Shown piece by piece: positions 36,452 through 50,000 of a DNA stretch of 64,000 nt; positions within the stretch are counted from its first letter, which is position 1; each line of letters begins with the position of its first letter. The stretch spans positions 96,713,141 through 96,777,140 of the forward strand of contig NC_090377.1 of NCBI RefSeq assembly GCF_036365525.1. The letters are read 5' to 3'. The DNA is from Heterodontus francisci. Its lineage: Eukaryota. A program made the translations under genes and the position numbers. The notes below the pieces were generated by a model. The model was not told where the DNA came from. It saw only the letters and a list, made by a program, of their open reading frames with translations, and ran no database searches.

Positions 36452-39400
36452 CCTAATGTCCTTTAGGGAAGGAAATCTGCTGTCCTTACCTGGTCTGGCC
36501 GACATGTGACTCCAGACCCACAGCAATGTGGTTGACTCTTACATGCCCTCTGAAATAGCCCAGCAAGCCACTCAGTTGTATCTAACTGCTATGAAGTCAA
36601 TAAAAAGGAATGAAACCAGACGGACCACCCGGCATCGACCTAGGCACCGGAAACGACAAGGGCAAACCCAGCCTCGTCGACCCTGCAAAGTCCTAACATC
36701 TGGGTGCTTGTGCCAACGTTGGGAGAGCTGTCCCACAGACTAGTCAAGCAACAGCCTGACCTAGTCATACTCACAGAATCATAACTTACAGACAATGTCC
36801 TAGACACCACCATCACCATCCCCGGGTATGTCCTGTCCCACCGGCAGGACAGACCCAACAGAGGTGGCAGCACAGTGGCATACAGTAGGGAGAGTGTTGG
36901 CCTGGGAGTCCTCAACATTGACTCCAGACCCCATGAAGTCTCATGGCATCAGGTCAAACATAGGCAAGGAAACCTTCAGCTGATTACCACCTACTGCCCT
37001 CCCTCAGCTGAGGAGTCAGTACTCCTCCATGTTGAACACCACTTGGAGGAAGCACTGAGGGTGGGGGACTTCAATGTCCATTACTAAGAGTGGCTCGGTA
37101 GCACCACTACTGACTGAGCTGGCCGAGTCCTAAAGGACATAACTGCTAGACTGGGTCTGCAGCAGGTGGTCAGGGAACCAACAAGAGGGAAAAACATACT
37201 TGACCTCGTCCTCACCAATCTGCCTGCTGCAGATGCATCTGTCCAAGACAGTATTGGTAGGAGTGACCACTGCACAGTCCTTGTGGAGACGAAGTCCCGC
37301 CTTCACATTGAGGATACTGTCCATTGTGTTGTGTGGCATTATCACCATGCTAAATGGGATAGATTTCGAACAGATCTAGCAATGCAAAACTGGGCATCCA
37401 CGAGGCGCTGTGGGCCATCAGCAGCAGCAGAATTGTACTCAACCACAATCTGTAACGTCATGGCCCGGCATATCCCCCACTCTACCATGAGTCCAGGAGA
37501 TCAACCCTGGTTCAATGAAGAGTGCAGGAGGGCATGCCAGGAACAGCACCAGGCATACCTCAAAATGAGGTGTCAACCTGGTGAAGCGACAACACAGGAC
37601 TACTTGTGTGCCAAACTGCGTAAGCAGCATGCAATAGAAAGAGCTAAGCGATCCCATAACCAATGGATCAGATCTAAGCTCTGCAGTCCTGCCACATCCA
37701 GCCGTGAATGGTGGTGGACAATTAAACAACTAACTGGAGAAGGTGGTTCCACAAATATCCCCATCCTCAATGATGGGGGAGCCCAGCACATTAGTGTGAA
37801 AGACAAGGCTGAAGCATTTGCAACAATCTTCAGCCGGAAGTGCCGAGTTGATGATCCATCTTGGCCTCCTCCTGAAGTCTCCAGCAACACAGATGCCAGA
37901 TTTCAGCCAATTCGATTCACCCCGTGTGATATCAAGAAACGACTGAAGGCACTGGATACTGCAAAGGCGATGGGCCCTGAAAATATTTCAGCAATAGTAC
38001 TGAAGACCTGTGCTCCAGACTTGCCGCGCCCCTAGCCAAGCTGTTCCAGTGCAGCTATAACACTGGCATCTAACCAGTAATGTGGAAAATTGCCCGGGTA
38101 TGTCCTGTACACAAAAAGCAGGACCAGTCCAACCAGGCCAATTACCGCCCCATCAGTCTACTCTCAACCATCAGTAAAGTGATGGAAGGTGTCATCAACA
38201 GTGCCATCAAGCAGCACTTGCTTAGCAATAACCTGCTCAGTGAAGCTCAGTTTGGGTTCCGCCAGGGCCACTCAGCTCCTGACCTCATCACAGCCTTGGT
38301 TCAAACATGGACAAAAGATCTGAACTCAAGAGGTGAGGTAAGAGTGACTGCACTTGATATCAAGTCAGCACTTGACCGAGTATGGCATCAAGCAGCCCTA
38401 GCAAAACTAGAGTCAATGGGATTCAGGGGGAAAGCTCTCTGCTGGTTAGAGTCCTACCTGACACAAACAAAGATGGTTCTGGTTGTTGGAGGTCAATCAT
38501 CTGAGCTCCAGGACATCACTGCAGGAATTCCTCAGGGTAGTGTCCTCGGCCCAACCATCTTCAGCTGCTTCATCAATGACCTTCCTTCAATCATAAGGTC
38601 AGAAGTGGGGATGTTCGCTGATGATTGCACAATGTTCAGCACCATTCGTGACCCCTCAGATAATGAAGCAGTCAGTGTAGAAATGCAGCAAGACTTGGAC
38701 AATATTCAGGCTTGGGTTGATAAGTGGCAAGTAACATTTGTGCCATACAAGTGCCAGGCAATGACCATCTCCAACAAGAGAGAAACTAACCATCTCCCCA
38801 TGACATTCAATGGCATTACCATCGCTGAATCCCCCACTATCAATATCAATTGACCAGAAATTGAACTGGAGTAGCCATATAAATACCATGGCTACAAGAG
38901 CAGGTCAGAGGCTAGGAATCCGGCAGTGAGTAACTCATCTCCTGACTCCCCAAAGCCTGTCCACCATCTACAAGGCACAAGTCAGGAGTGTGATGGAATA
39001 CTCTCCACTTGCCTGGATGGGTGCAGCTCCAACAACACTCAAGAAGCTCAACACCATCCAGGACAAAGCAGCCTGCTTGATTGGTACCCCATCTACCAAC
39101 ATTCACTTCCTCCACCACCGACGCACAGTGGCAGCAGTGTGTACCATCTACAAGATGCACTGCAGCAACGCACCAAGGCTCCTTGGACAGCACCTTCCAA
39201 ACCCGCGACCTCTACCAACTAGAAGGACAAGCGCAGCAAATGCATGGGAACACAACCACCTGCAAGTTCCCCTCCAAGCCACACACCATCCTGACTTGGA
39301 ACTATATTGCTGTTCCTTCACTGTCGCTGGATCAAAATCCTGGAACTCCCTTCCTAACAGCACTGTGGGTGTACCTACCCAACATGGACTGCAGCGGTTC

Positions 39401-39500
39401 AAGAAGGCAGCTCACCACCACCTTCTCAGGGGCAATTAGGGATGGGCAATAAATGCTGCCTAGCCAGCGACGCCCACGTCCCATGAATGAATAAAAAAAA
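36452..39500 (+). mobile_element. LINE-A, best-preserved copy (leader, Arg-rich N-terminus, APE, RT, 3' tail); a few stops and frameshifts
   Basis: ILTES, GDFN, SDH (APE); YRPISLL, QFGFR, GIPQGSVLGP, MFADD (RT); ends 'catgaatgaataaaaaaaa'. Confidence 0.93.
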
Positions 39501-39860
39501 TATTCAAAACGGCACTTAAGCAATCTTAATTGTGAAGAGGCAAAAGTTGCAAGAGGTTTGGAAAATCCACAAAGTGAAGTTCCCTCTCTTTCCCACCAGT
39601 CCATAGTCTTTCTAACCCCAACTATTGAGATCATAAAAATATTCCAGAATAACTAAGGGGGATTAAGGTTCCAATTTGTGCAATGCAATATTTTAAGTCA
39701 CATTTTTTGCACATCACAATAAATTTCAGTTTGATTTTAACGTCTCACAAAGAAAAATCAGTTTCATGTTTAATTTATGAATAGAACAAATGATTTTGAA
39801 TGCTCAATTTAAAAAAAAATTTAGGATTGTTCAACTATAAATTCCATTTCTTATACCTAC

Positions 39861-39944
39861 CTTCCTTTGGCATCTCTGGAATCAACAATCGTAGCACCTA
39901 AAGCTTCTATTAACATTTCTGCACAATTTTCATGGTCATTTATT
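39861..39944 (-). CDS. ANKRD44: ANKRD44 exon INDHENCAEMLIEALGATIVDSRDAKGR
   Basis: TTACAG|A acceptor, AG|GTAGG donor; 84 nt, phase 2/2. Confidence 0.93.
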
Positions 39945-40544
39945 CTGTAAACGAAGGGAAAATGTGTGGTTATGCTGATACAGCAAAAGCATATCGGAAC
40001 AATTGGGGTCTGGAATGTAATGTATCTTGTACTCTACTTACTCAGTGACCTTGTACACCTTTGTGCCAACTTTATCGTAGTGAAAATTTATGTACAGAAG
40101 AAGCCAAGAATGATTAAACACAAGTCTGCCTATCAAAGCTCAGCTCACTTGTACTGTAATGTTCCATCACAACACCCAACTATATTTTGAACGTCCTTAA
40201 CATTTAAATCTCCACTGCACTTAGCAAGTTATTCCAAACATCACTGAGTAAAAAGTTGTTTCTGACATGAGATTCAAATATATTTTCAATAACTTATGTC
40301 CTCTGGTCCAACTTTGAACAGTTCCAAAGTCCAATAGCACTGTAAAGGAAAACATAAATGCAAACTCTTTTGTTCTTCCCAAAGTAAGATTGGAATTAAA
40401 TATGGCAATGTTAGCTTAGCAAATTAGCAATCCAGGACAAGAGTACCTGCAATTATATACAAGAATAACCCAGCAAATATCATTTGCCAGTCAATCTCCT
40501 GTAATGTTGCACACAGGCAGTCAAGACTAAATGCAGCCTTCAGT

Positions 40545-41220
40545 ACATACAAACATACGAATTAGGAGCAGGAACAGGAGCAGGCCACTCGGTCCTTCGA
40601 GTCTGCTCCGCCATTCAATAAGTTCATGGCTGAACTGATTACTCCACATTTCCACCCACCCCTGATAACCTTTCACCCCCTTGCTTATCAAGAATCTATC
40701 TACCTCTGCCTTAAAAATATTCAAAGACTCTGCTTCCACTGCCTTTTGAGGAAGAGAATTCCAAAGACTCATGACGCTCAGAGAAACAATTTCTCCTCAT
40801 CTCTGTCTTAAATGGGCAACCCCTTATTTTTAAACAGTGACCCCTAGTTCTAGATTCTCCCACAAGGGGAAACATCCTTTCTATATCCGCCCTGTCAAGA
40901 CCCTTCAGGATCCTAAATGTTTCAATCAAGTCGCCTCTTACTCTTCAAAATTCCAGCGGATACAAGCCTAGCCTTTCCAATCCTTCCTCATAAGACAGCC
41001 CGCCCATTCCAGCTATTAGTCTAGTAAACCTTCTCTGTACTGCCTCCAACGCATTTACATCCTTCCTTAACTAAGGAGACCAGTACTGTACACAGTACTC
41101 CAGGATGTGGTCTCACCAACGCCTTGTATAGCTGAGGCATAACCTCCTTACTTTTGTATTCAATTTCCCTCGTGATAAACAATAACATTCTATTAGTTTT
41201 CCTAATTACATGCTGTAACT
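40545..41220 (-). mobile_element. CR1 3' fragment
   Basis: IETFRILKGLDR...RTRGH and CR1 tail hairpin. Confidence 0.88.
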
Positions 41221-41539
41221 GTACAGGACCAAAACTTGAAGGGGAAGGGACAAAGCATAGGCATGGAATGAAGAGAAGCTGTTGAAAGGGGTCTGAGGGA
41301 GGGGGCGCAGAATAGCCCTTTGAAGAAGAAAGTTTGTGGAAACTGCGGGAGATGGAATGGATAAAGTTTATTGGCAAGTTTTGAAATTTTGTACAAAACT
41401 ATTGAATTAATTTATTTTATTTTAGGACATATAGGAGAGGGGATCAGAATCGAGAGGTCCATTGAAAGGACTTAGTAATTTTGTATTTTAGTGTTCAAAA
41501 AGGAACCATATGGATGTTGGAGACAGTAAAGTGTACAGT

Positions 41540-42270
41540 GGCCTCAATGTTAATTTTCTCCGCCCACCATGATGGGTGCGAGAGGATCTGGGGGATTAAA
41601 AAAAAAATTTAAACGGGGAACGCATTCCTAACACAGCATGTACATGCCTGCTATCGCTTTTATTGGGGGGCGGGGGGGGGTTTGTGGCATGCAAGGGCCC
41701 CACAGTGGCGCAGTCAGACACTTGAGTAACGTATTTAAATTAGGCTCCCAAAGTGCAATTTGGAGCCTGATTTAAATTGAAAAATTGCCATGTGGGTTTC
41801 CCAGGGCTTGGGAAACCCAGCAGTAAAGGGAGAGAGCTGCCAGCTCTAGAAGCTTAGTGACTTTTACAGCACTTCATGTGGGCCACGAGGAGCAGGAATG
41901 CTCCCCCAGCCCCTCGAATAAGTCTTTGGCATTCTTTCGCCTGATTGAAGCCTGTTTCTTTGCCCCAGCCGTGATCGCAGACCTCCCTCCCATGCAACCC
42001 CACACACCCATGTTTGCTACATGCCACGACTGCAGCGGACACCCCCCCTCCTAAGTCCCCCTCGCTACCCCCTCCCCTCGAGCACTGATCTTCAGCTTTC
42101 CCCTCCTGGTTGCCGGGGATGTCCTCAATTTGGCACTGCTAGGTAATAAACAATAGATAAAAATTGTAATGTTAAATTCACCAAGACCTCTATGTCCCCA
42201 GTCTCAACACAATTTCTGGCCATTTTCGGCTTCACTGCACCGTTCCCACCTACCCATAAATATTGGGGCC
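41540..42270. mobile_element. Older Harbinger-type MITE
   Basis: Imperfect TIR GGCCTCAATGTT / AATATTGGGGCC; 3-bp TSD AGT. Confidence 0.7.
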
Positions 42271-42461
42271 AGTATCTCAGCGTACTTTTGATCAATAGCT
42301 TTTTAGGTAAGTGTGAAATCTGAGCTGAATCAGAAAAGCTCTATACTTTTCTGTGTGCTACTGGCGTGTGACAGTTGCAAAAGTTAGACTTATATATATA
42401 TTTATGGATCAGTCCTGTCATAGGTTTATTTTTTAAGAAGGTGCACACTATTTTTGAATCA

Positions 42462-42474
42462 CCACTAGAGGGCA
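42462..42474 (+). promoter_or_regulatory. Candidate CTCF site
   Basis: CCACTAGAGGGCA matches the CTCF core consensus and sits in non-repetitive AT-rich intron. Confidence 0.45.
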
Positions 42475-42914
42475 TTCTATAACACAGCAATAAGCGTAAA
42501 ATAAAATTATATATTTATATATATATTATACACAGAAAAAAAACACTTAAAATGTAAAGATTCAATTGTTTGAACAGTTTGTGCAGATTTGTAATGTTTA
42601 GACCACTGGAAAACAGCAATGAATTTATGAATTTAATGTCACTGCGAGTATAGCTAAAATATAACTGGGGTCATGGGGAAAACAATTCATTTATGCAACC
42701 ATGTAATCACTTTCTAAATTCACATGGTGTGTATTTTAACCACAAACCACAAAATTCAGATGCCTATCAACAACTTTAGTCAGTGTTTTATGCTTCTATC
42801 CTGAACAGGATTTAGCTGACCAACTTTACAGCTGAATATTTTTTAACTCATGTGCGGAAGAAGAAACTTCAATTTTACAGTTCCTAAAGATCAGCATCAT
42901 CCATAAATTATCAA

Positions 42915-43185
42915 AAGATGCGGCAGGGTAGACAGAAGCAGACTGTATGCAGTAGTTGTGGGTTCAAGAACAAGGGGCCAGAGATTTAAAATTAAAAGTG
43001 CAAGAGATTTAGAATAGAGAGAACTAGCTTCACACAGAAATGATTGAAAAGCTGCGGAATTAATTTTCAGGGCTAGTTGTTAAGAGAGAAACTATTTGCT
43101 TACATAGAGGGTAAACATTGATACAGACTTGATTGGGCCAAATGTCGGATTTCTGTCTTGTAACTTTTATATATTTCTATGTATC
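42915..43185 (+). mobile_element. Old CR1 3' tail remnant
   Basis: 'agaacaaggggccagagatttaaa', 'cttcacacaga', 'gacttgattgggccaaatg'. Confidence 0.55.
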
Positions 43186-44984
43186 TGTAACTCCATCCAT
43201 ATTAAATAGTTCTAATTTCCTCTATGCATGGAGCAGTTGTCTTATAAGTTTTTAAGAAATATATATTGTGTGCTCAAAGTATGGAATGTGATTGCTAGGA
43301 AATAGTTTCTCCAGTTTTAAACCTAATGTCAGAAACAGATATTCATAAGTCAGATTAAAGGGTAAACTGTCTTCAACTCTGGCCTAAATGTGCACCAGGT
43401 AAAAGCTCAAAAGCACACCCTACAATCTAACTTGTGCATTTCCTACAACTGTTTCAGTGAATGTGACTAGTGAATTTAAGGCAGTTTTGTGCTGTGGTAT
43501 TTTATCCAAATTTACTTCACGACCCATCCTTACAAGCAATATAGACAGAAAGGACTTCCACACCATCAGGCTGATACTCATTCAAAACAAGATTACGAAA
43601 GTAATATTCTACTATGTGGCCTAATCCAAAACAGTTCATTAGAAGTACAAGACACTTCGACATTCAGCAATAGAGCCCTTTGAACCTCAAACACAGAGAA
43701 AAGCTAAAAAAAAAGTTTATTTAAACAAGAAAGCAAATCAAACAGAAAAATGTATAGAAAAGTCAGAATGTGAAGATCTAATTTAACATTGTACTTTACG
43801 ATCTTAAAATGCTCCAGTATTCACAATTTACAGGTGGGGAGAAAATATTAAAGTCAAACTACTGGTTTTTACTACACCTTAAAAATGTTTAAAAGATGCC
43901 TATTTTAGACTATTCCCTTCTGAAAATGAATACATAATTGAAAACAAAAGTTTTTGCACAAGCAGCACGAAAAAGTACACTTCTGAATAATCACAACATT
44001 CAAAAAAAGTACTGAATTGCACAATAACTTCAAACGTTAATGGAGACACAATGAATGGCAACACAATCTAACTAATCGGCCACTAGAGAGTTCCACCCAA
44101 CAGAAAAGCTATAAGTGTAAAAATTGTCACTTAGGCATTCATGTGGATAAATGTTGACTACAGAAGCAGCATTTACATTTAACTAATAAATCTTAACAAT
44201 GTGTATTTTCCAATGCCATGTCTTCACCCTAAGGTTGGAACATGACATTTAAAATCAATAAAGATAGTGAAGAGGTTTTCTTCTAGTCCGAATACTGTAC
44301 AAATAATTTCCTTAAATAAATTTATTTAACAGAGAATTAATTGAGGTAAGCTTGAATCCGAAGTTCACGATTTTTAAAATCATGAATTCTGTATCTGCTT
44401 TTAATTCATTAAAAACAATTAAATTTGTCCCAGTTAGGTGAAATGAATGGAAATACGAAATTGACAGTAAAAAAATAATTCCACAATGCACACAACCAAC
44501 TGCCTTAATGTATTTTTCAATATAAATTTCTGATCATATCCTTGCACTATTTAAAAAAAAAGTTCAAGACTGGTTGGGCAACATACAAACATGGGAAAAA
44601 AAGGAAATGATTCACTGGCCCATCTAGCTTGTACCACATAATTGTGCTGCCTAGTGCTGTTGAAACCAAACTGTGGAGTGGTGGTTCAAATCCACGATCC
44701 TTCAACTCATTCTAAACTCTTTGACTGTTATGTTCTGTTTCAGTAAAGTCACTAAGACAATGAATACTGTGGAAGAGTGTGCTGAATATAACATACCAAA
44801 CTTAGACTATGGGCCTGGTTAAAGATTTGACAATGGGTGATTATTCAAACATGTGAGAATGTTATAGGATGCCAGTCATAAAATTAGTTTTGATATATTC
44901 CAAATCTAAGTAAATAATGTAATTTCATCTCCCCCAAGATTAATATTCACCTTACTTAGAAGCATTACATCATAATTGACTTAC

Positions 44985-45072
44985 ATAGCACAGTGCAAAG
45001 GAGTAAAAGGAGTACCCTCAAATTTGATAAATCCTTTTTGTTCCAGTAGGACCTCCAAACAACTTTCATGAC
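44985..45072 (-). CDS. ANKRD44: ANKRD44 exon [13 protein letters not shown]...FTPLHCA
   Basis: TTAG|GT acceptor, AT|GTAAG donor; 88 nt, phase 1/2. Confidence 0.94.
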
Positions 45073-45339
45073 CTAACAAAACAAACATTTTTGAATTGTA
45101 AAATCTGTATGACAAATAAATAGCTATACAAGAGTAAAATACAGTATTTACCGTGGAGATTCTCTGTGAATTAATGCAAATTATTTTCAGATAAACATGC
45201 TGCAGTTGAATCCTTTTTCATCAGTATCCTAGGAATTTGACACTTTCTCCTAAAAATGTTGCAAAGACTCTTCATAAAATCAGTTTTAAACCACACATTT
45301 TTTGATACCCCCCACATAATTTGTATTACTTTGACACAT

Positions 45340-45938
45340 GGGGCTGGATTTTATGTTGGGCAGACGGGAGCTGGCCACAGACGTAAAAGTCTGTGGCGAA
45401 CCCGCTTCCGCTCCACCTGGGGATCTGTCCCCGCATTTTACGGCTCCCCAGGCTTTAATTGTTCTGAGGCGGGACTTCCACCTGCTTGAGGGAGGAAGCC
45501 CCGCCTCATTGAGCTGCTGGCCAATCATTGGGCCGGCAGCTCTTAGTTCCAGCAGCGCCACAGGGAGCAGTGGCCACTGCTGGGACTGCAGCCCAGCTGA
45601 GGACATGCAGCCAGGACTGCAGCTAAGTTAGGGTTGCCTCACCAGGGTAATCGGTCGCGTCCTGGCGAGGCAAGGGTGGTCGTATGGGGGTAAAGGGGGG
45701 GCGTGGTGGGGTTGGTTGGGGAAGTGGGGGCAGCCCTCAATCGGGCACCCTACTTGCCATGGGTAAAATCCCCGTGGAGGTGGGCAAAGGCCCTTAAGTG
45801 GCAACTTAAGGGCCTTGATTGGCATGGGTGGGCAGCCTGTTTCTCACCACCACCCCCCCCCCCCCACCCCATGTAAAGTGGGGCAGAGGTGGGAGCGGGT
45901 TGTGAAGGCCTCCCAGAGCCTCCGGCTCAATTTTATGT
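45340..45938. mobile_element. Harbinger-type MITE of the 27439-28182 family, opposite orientation, one end lost
   Basis: Starts GGGGCTGGATTTTATG; body is the reverse complement of ~27490-28180. Confidence 0.82.
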
Positions 45939-46564
45939 CAGGCGATCTGAACCACAAGATTAGCTAACAACCTTATAGCTTATTCCCAGGATTATTCAAT
46001 ATTCTATGAATATGTTTGTGAACATTATTCCTATTAATAAATAGGTAATCAGTAGTAAGAATTTCTCTTTAAAAAAACACTTCGATTAGTTTACACTCCG
46101 GGTCTCTACTATTCTAATTTTATTTTTTTGTCAATTTATTTTCTCTCCTTGGACTTTCCTCATGTTGCCTGGCATTTCTAGCTGGGAGAGAAAGAGCTCA
46201 AGTGCTCCTAGGCCTTAGCTAGTGCCTTGGCATTGACTACCACTAGGAAATATGCAAAAACGGCTGGGGATCACTGTTCCTCCAATGTCTTCCTCCTTCC
46301 CACTACTGAAGTCCTGAACCATTCCTTGCTGACTTCATATGATGGCACAGCCAAAAAACAGAAATCACTTTTTGGCAGGGAAAAAAGGGGATACAATCTG
46401 TCCCCTACTCCTCCATGGCAAATGCTTCACCATTAAGTTTAATTTAACAGTCTTTATTTCAGATAAAGTGTATTGTGTATTATTACATGGTTTCCAAAGT
46501 TAAGGTGTATGTAAAAATCTGTTGAAGCTTATATTTACTATTTTTAAGGTTTGAAATTATTTAC

Positions 46565-46784
46565 CATTGTAGCAAGCCCAGTGCAAAGGTGTATAGCCAC
46601 AATTATCTATTAGATTTGTTAAGGAACTTATAGAAAGTGCTGCCTGCAATAAATTGCACAATAAAGTTGCATGACCACAAGCTGCTGCAAAATGCAACGG
46701 GGTCCTTCCTTTGCAGTCACGACATAGAATAGATGCATCATGTTCCAATAATGTTTCCACACATTCTTCATGGCCGGTAATGAC
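46565..46784 (-). CDS. ANKRD44: ANKRD44 exon VITGHEECVETLL...GYTPLHWACYN
   Basis: TATAG|GTC acceptor, G|GTAAA donor; 220 nt, phase 0/1; two TPLH ankyrin motifs. Confidence 0.95.
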
Positions 46785-47034
46785 CTATAAAAACAAAATC
46801 AACGTTTTAATAATGTACTCCCATGGTGGTTTAAAGCCAAGCCAACACATGTTCTCAGTATGACTACAATAGACTCAGTCCAGGTACTGGTCCAGCACCT
46901 ACAACATTTAGACAAACTACACACCTGAGGTTTTAAAACCAGCTTCAAAAATCTAAAGTAACAGTAATATCAAGTCACTACACAGACAGCCCATTCTGCT
47001 GCAAGATAAATGGAACTGACTGAAGGCAGACTCT

Positions 47035-50000
47035 GGGGTGGAATCTCAGGACCTAGTCCCTAGCGCAACAACAGGACCATTTCCTGGACGGGAACTCAAC
47101 CCTCTGAGTAACGGGCCTTCCGGCTGCTCTATGCAGGGGCCAACCAATTAAGTGAGCCCCTCCAGGATTGCCGTCCAATTGGGGAGAGCGAGTGGAATGA
47201 AGCATCAAAAGCACAAATAAAAGGATCAGTATTTAAAAGGACACCGCTACAATTACAGTGTCAGCATTGTGCAGTGTAGTTTGCTCAGTGAGAGGCACAA
47301 ACGAGCATAACAGATGGGAAACAGGGAAGGCTGCCCCCACGCTTCACAGACACATCCCTGGAGGTGATATTGGAAGCAGTCGGGGAATAAAGGCAGGTGC
47401 TTTTTCCAGAAGATGGCAGGAGAAGGCCAGTCAGCTTCACCAAAGAGGCTTGGCTGGAGGTTACAGAGGAGGTTAGCAGTCAAAATGTGGTGCAGAGAAT
47501 GTGGATCCAGTGCAGGTTCAATGATCTCGAGATCTGGCAAGGTGACTGCCATGCAACTCTCAGCTGGCAGCCATCACTCTCTATTTTATTAACAGTCTCC
47601 AGCACAGATATCCTCTGAGGCACACAATCTGCAGCCACACAGAATGTCTCCCTAAACTCTACCTTAACTCTCCATCTACCCGGACAGCACTGACACTCAA
47701 CCTCAATATACTGACCTAGTGCTCCCCATCTCACAGTGATCCCCCTCAAATGTCATGCCTATTTCCTGAGCAAAGACTGTATTCCTAATAGTCCTAACAC
47801 TCTGCCTTTTCTCACTGCAGAAGAAGGGAGCCGACAACCAGGAGAGGTGGAGAAATGGGGTGGAGTTACATTCTTGGGTCATCCTGATGGCAATGGAGGA
47901 GGATGCCCTGTAAATCAGCAGAGCTGCACCATGCAGGCTGTTGTTAATGGAAAGATGGGGATGCACAGAGACTGGGTGAAAGCATTATATATCACACTGC
48001 CACTTGGCACTGACCTTTGTTGCCAATTTATTAAACATGATGTTCTGCAAAATGCTAGGGATTGATCTCTCTGTCAATTAAGTACAGCACTAATGAAAGT
48101 CTTTCATCTGCTGCAGGAGCATTGCTGGAGGGGCACCAAGAGATGAAGGAGGAGGCAGTGCAGTCTTCAGAGGAGGAGCATCACTCTGAAGAAGCACGAT
48201 CACATGACTCAAGCGCACCCTACACCAGCACAAATACATTCACTTCAATGTGTCCAGCATCATAGATAGAACAAGTGGCACAAGATGAGGAGCATTTCAT
48301 ATGTGAGCAGGAGCAGGTGCTTGAGGGTCCCAATCAGGGGCCTGAGGACATCTCCTGCCATGCTCAAATAGACACAGATGCTGAGCCTCGGGGGTCATAC
48401 ACAAAATGGGTACTTCTGGAGCAGCAAAGAGAAGTGTGGGGGCATCTGCCAGAATTTCCAGAGGCTATGAGCACCCTTGCACTGAAGATGGAGGAGTCTA
48501 TCTGCATCCTGTCACCATGACCGTGGCTGCTCCTGCACAGATGTGGGTGGGGCAATCTTTAGCAGGATCCTCATGGACTCCACAACCCAAAGAACGTCCG
48601 CCATGGGCATCTAATATATTGGAGTGTGGAAATGAGCTGACTGCCTCTAGTTCTGTTCCAGCCACAGGGTAGCACCACATAGGAGAGAGAGAAATAGCTT
48701 GCAGAAATGGTGTTAGTGCACACAGGGAATCATATGGGTACATATTCCAATGTTAGTGTCACATGAGGTATGTGTTGTTGTTCCCTGATGAATGTCATGG
48801 TGTTGTTTCTGTTCCATTCCACATTGACCATGGATAGGTGAAAGTAGCGTTGTGGTATGAGACTCTTGGATGGCAATGTAAGGCTGAAAATGGAATGTTT
48901 TTTGCAACGATTAGATTTATATGTTGGAAGTGGGTGTTGGGTGTGGCTATACTGTTTGCCATAGAGCTATGGATCGTACAAGAGCAATGCTACGTGCACT
49001 GTACTCAGCTAATGCATGCCTGGATGAAGGCCTTTTGGGCCTCTCTGGCATGTAAGTCAACAGCAGCAGGCATCAGCAGCACCTCTGGATGGTCATGCTC
49101 CGCTGGGCCCTCCTCCTCAGTCATCCTCCTCCAAGGAAGCCAGGCTCTCCCCACCTTTGTCTGCTGCCACTTCCATTCCTCATTGAAGTGCCAAGCTGTG
49201 CAGGGCACAGCGCACCACCACCATCCAGGCGACTCTTGCCAGCCCACATTGAAGGACAACCCCACATTGGTCAAGGCATTATAACTGCATTTTTAGCAAG
49301 TCAATGTCACCCAAGAGCTAACCACTGTGGATGACTGGTGGTGTGAAGAGTTGGGGCACCCGAGACTGACGAAGGATAAGAAGTCATGGAAGCTCCCTGG
49401 AAACTTCATACACACCTTTTTTTTTTAAAGGGATGGGACAGTTGCTGGCAAGGCCACTATTTATTGGCCATCTCTCATTGCCCTTGAGAAGGTGGTGGTG
49501 AGCTGCAATTCATGTGGTACAAGTACACCCTCAGTGCTGTTATGTAGGGAGTTTCAGGAATTTGACCCAGTGACAGTGAAGTAACGGCAATACAGTTTCA
49601 AGTCAGGACGGTGCGTGACATGGGGGGAACTGTGGGTGGTGGTGTTCCCATGCGTCTGCTGCCCCTCTTCTACATGGTAGAGGTTGTGGGTTTGGAAGGT
49701 GCTGTTGAAGGAGCCTTGGCGAGTTGCTGCAGTGCATCTAGTAGATGATGCCCAGTGCTGCCACTGTGCAACAGTGGTGGAGGGAGTGAATGTATAAAGG
49801 TGGTGGATGGGATGCCGATCAAGCGGGCTGCTTTGCCCTCGATGGTGTCAAGCATCTTGAGTGTTGTTGGAGCTGCACTCATTCAGGCAGGTGGAGAATG
49901 TTCCATCACACTCCTAACTTGTGCCTTGTAGATGGTGGACAGGCTTTGAGGAGTCAGGAGGCGAGTTATTCACTGCGGAATTCCAAGGCTCTGACCTGCT

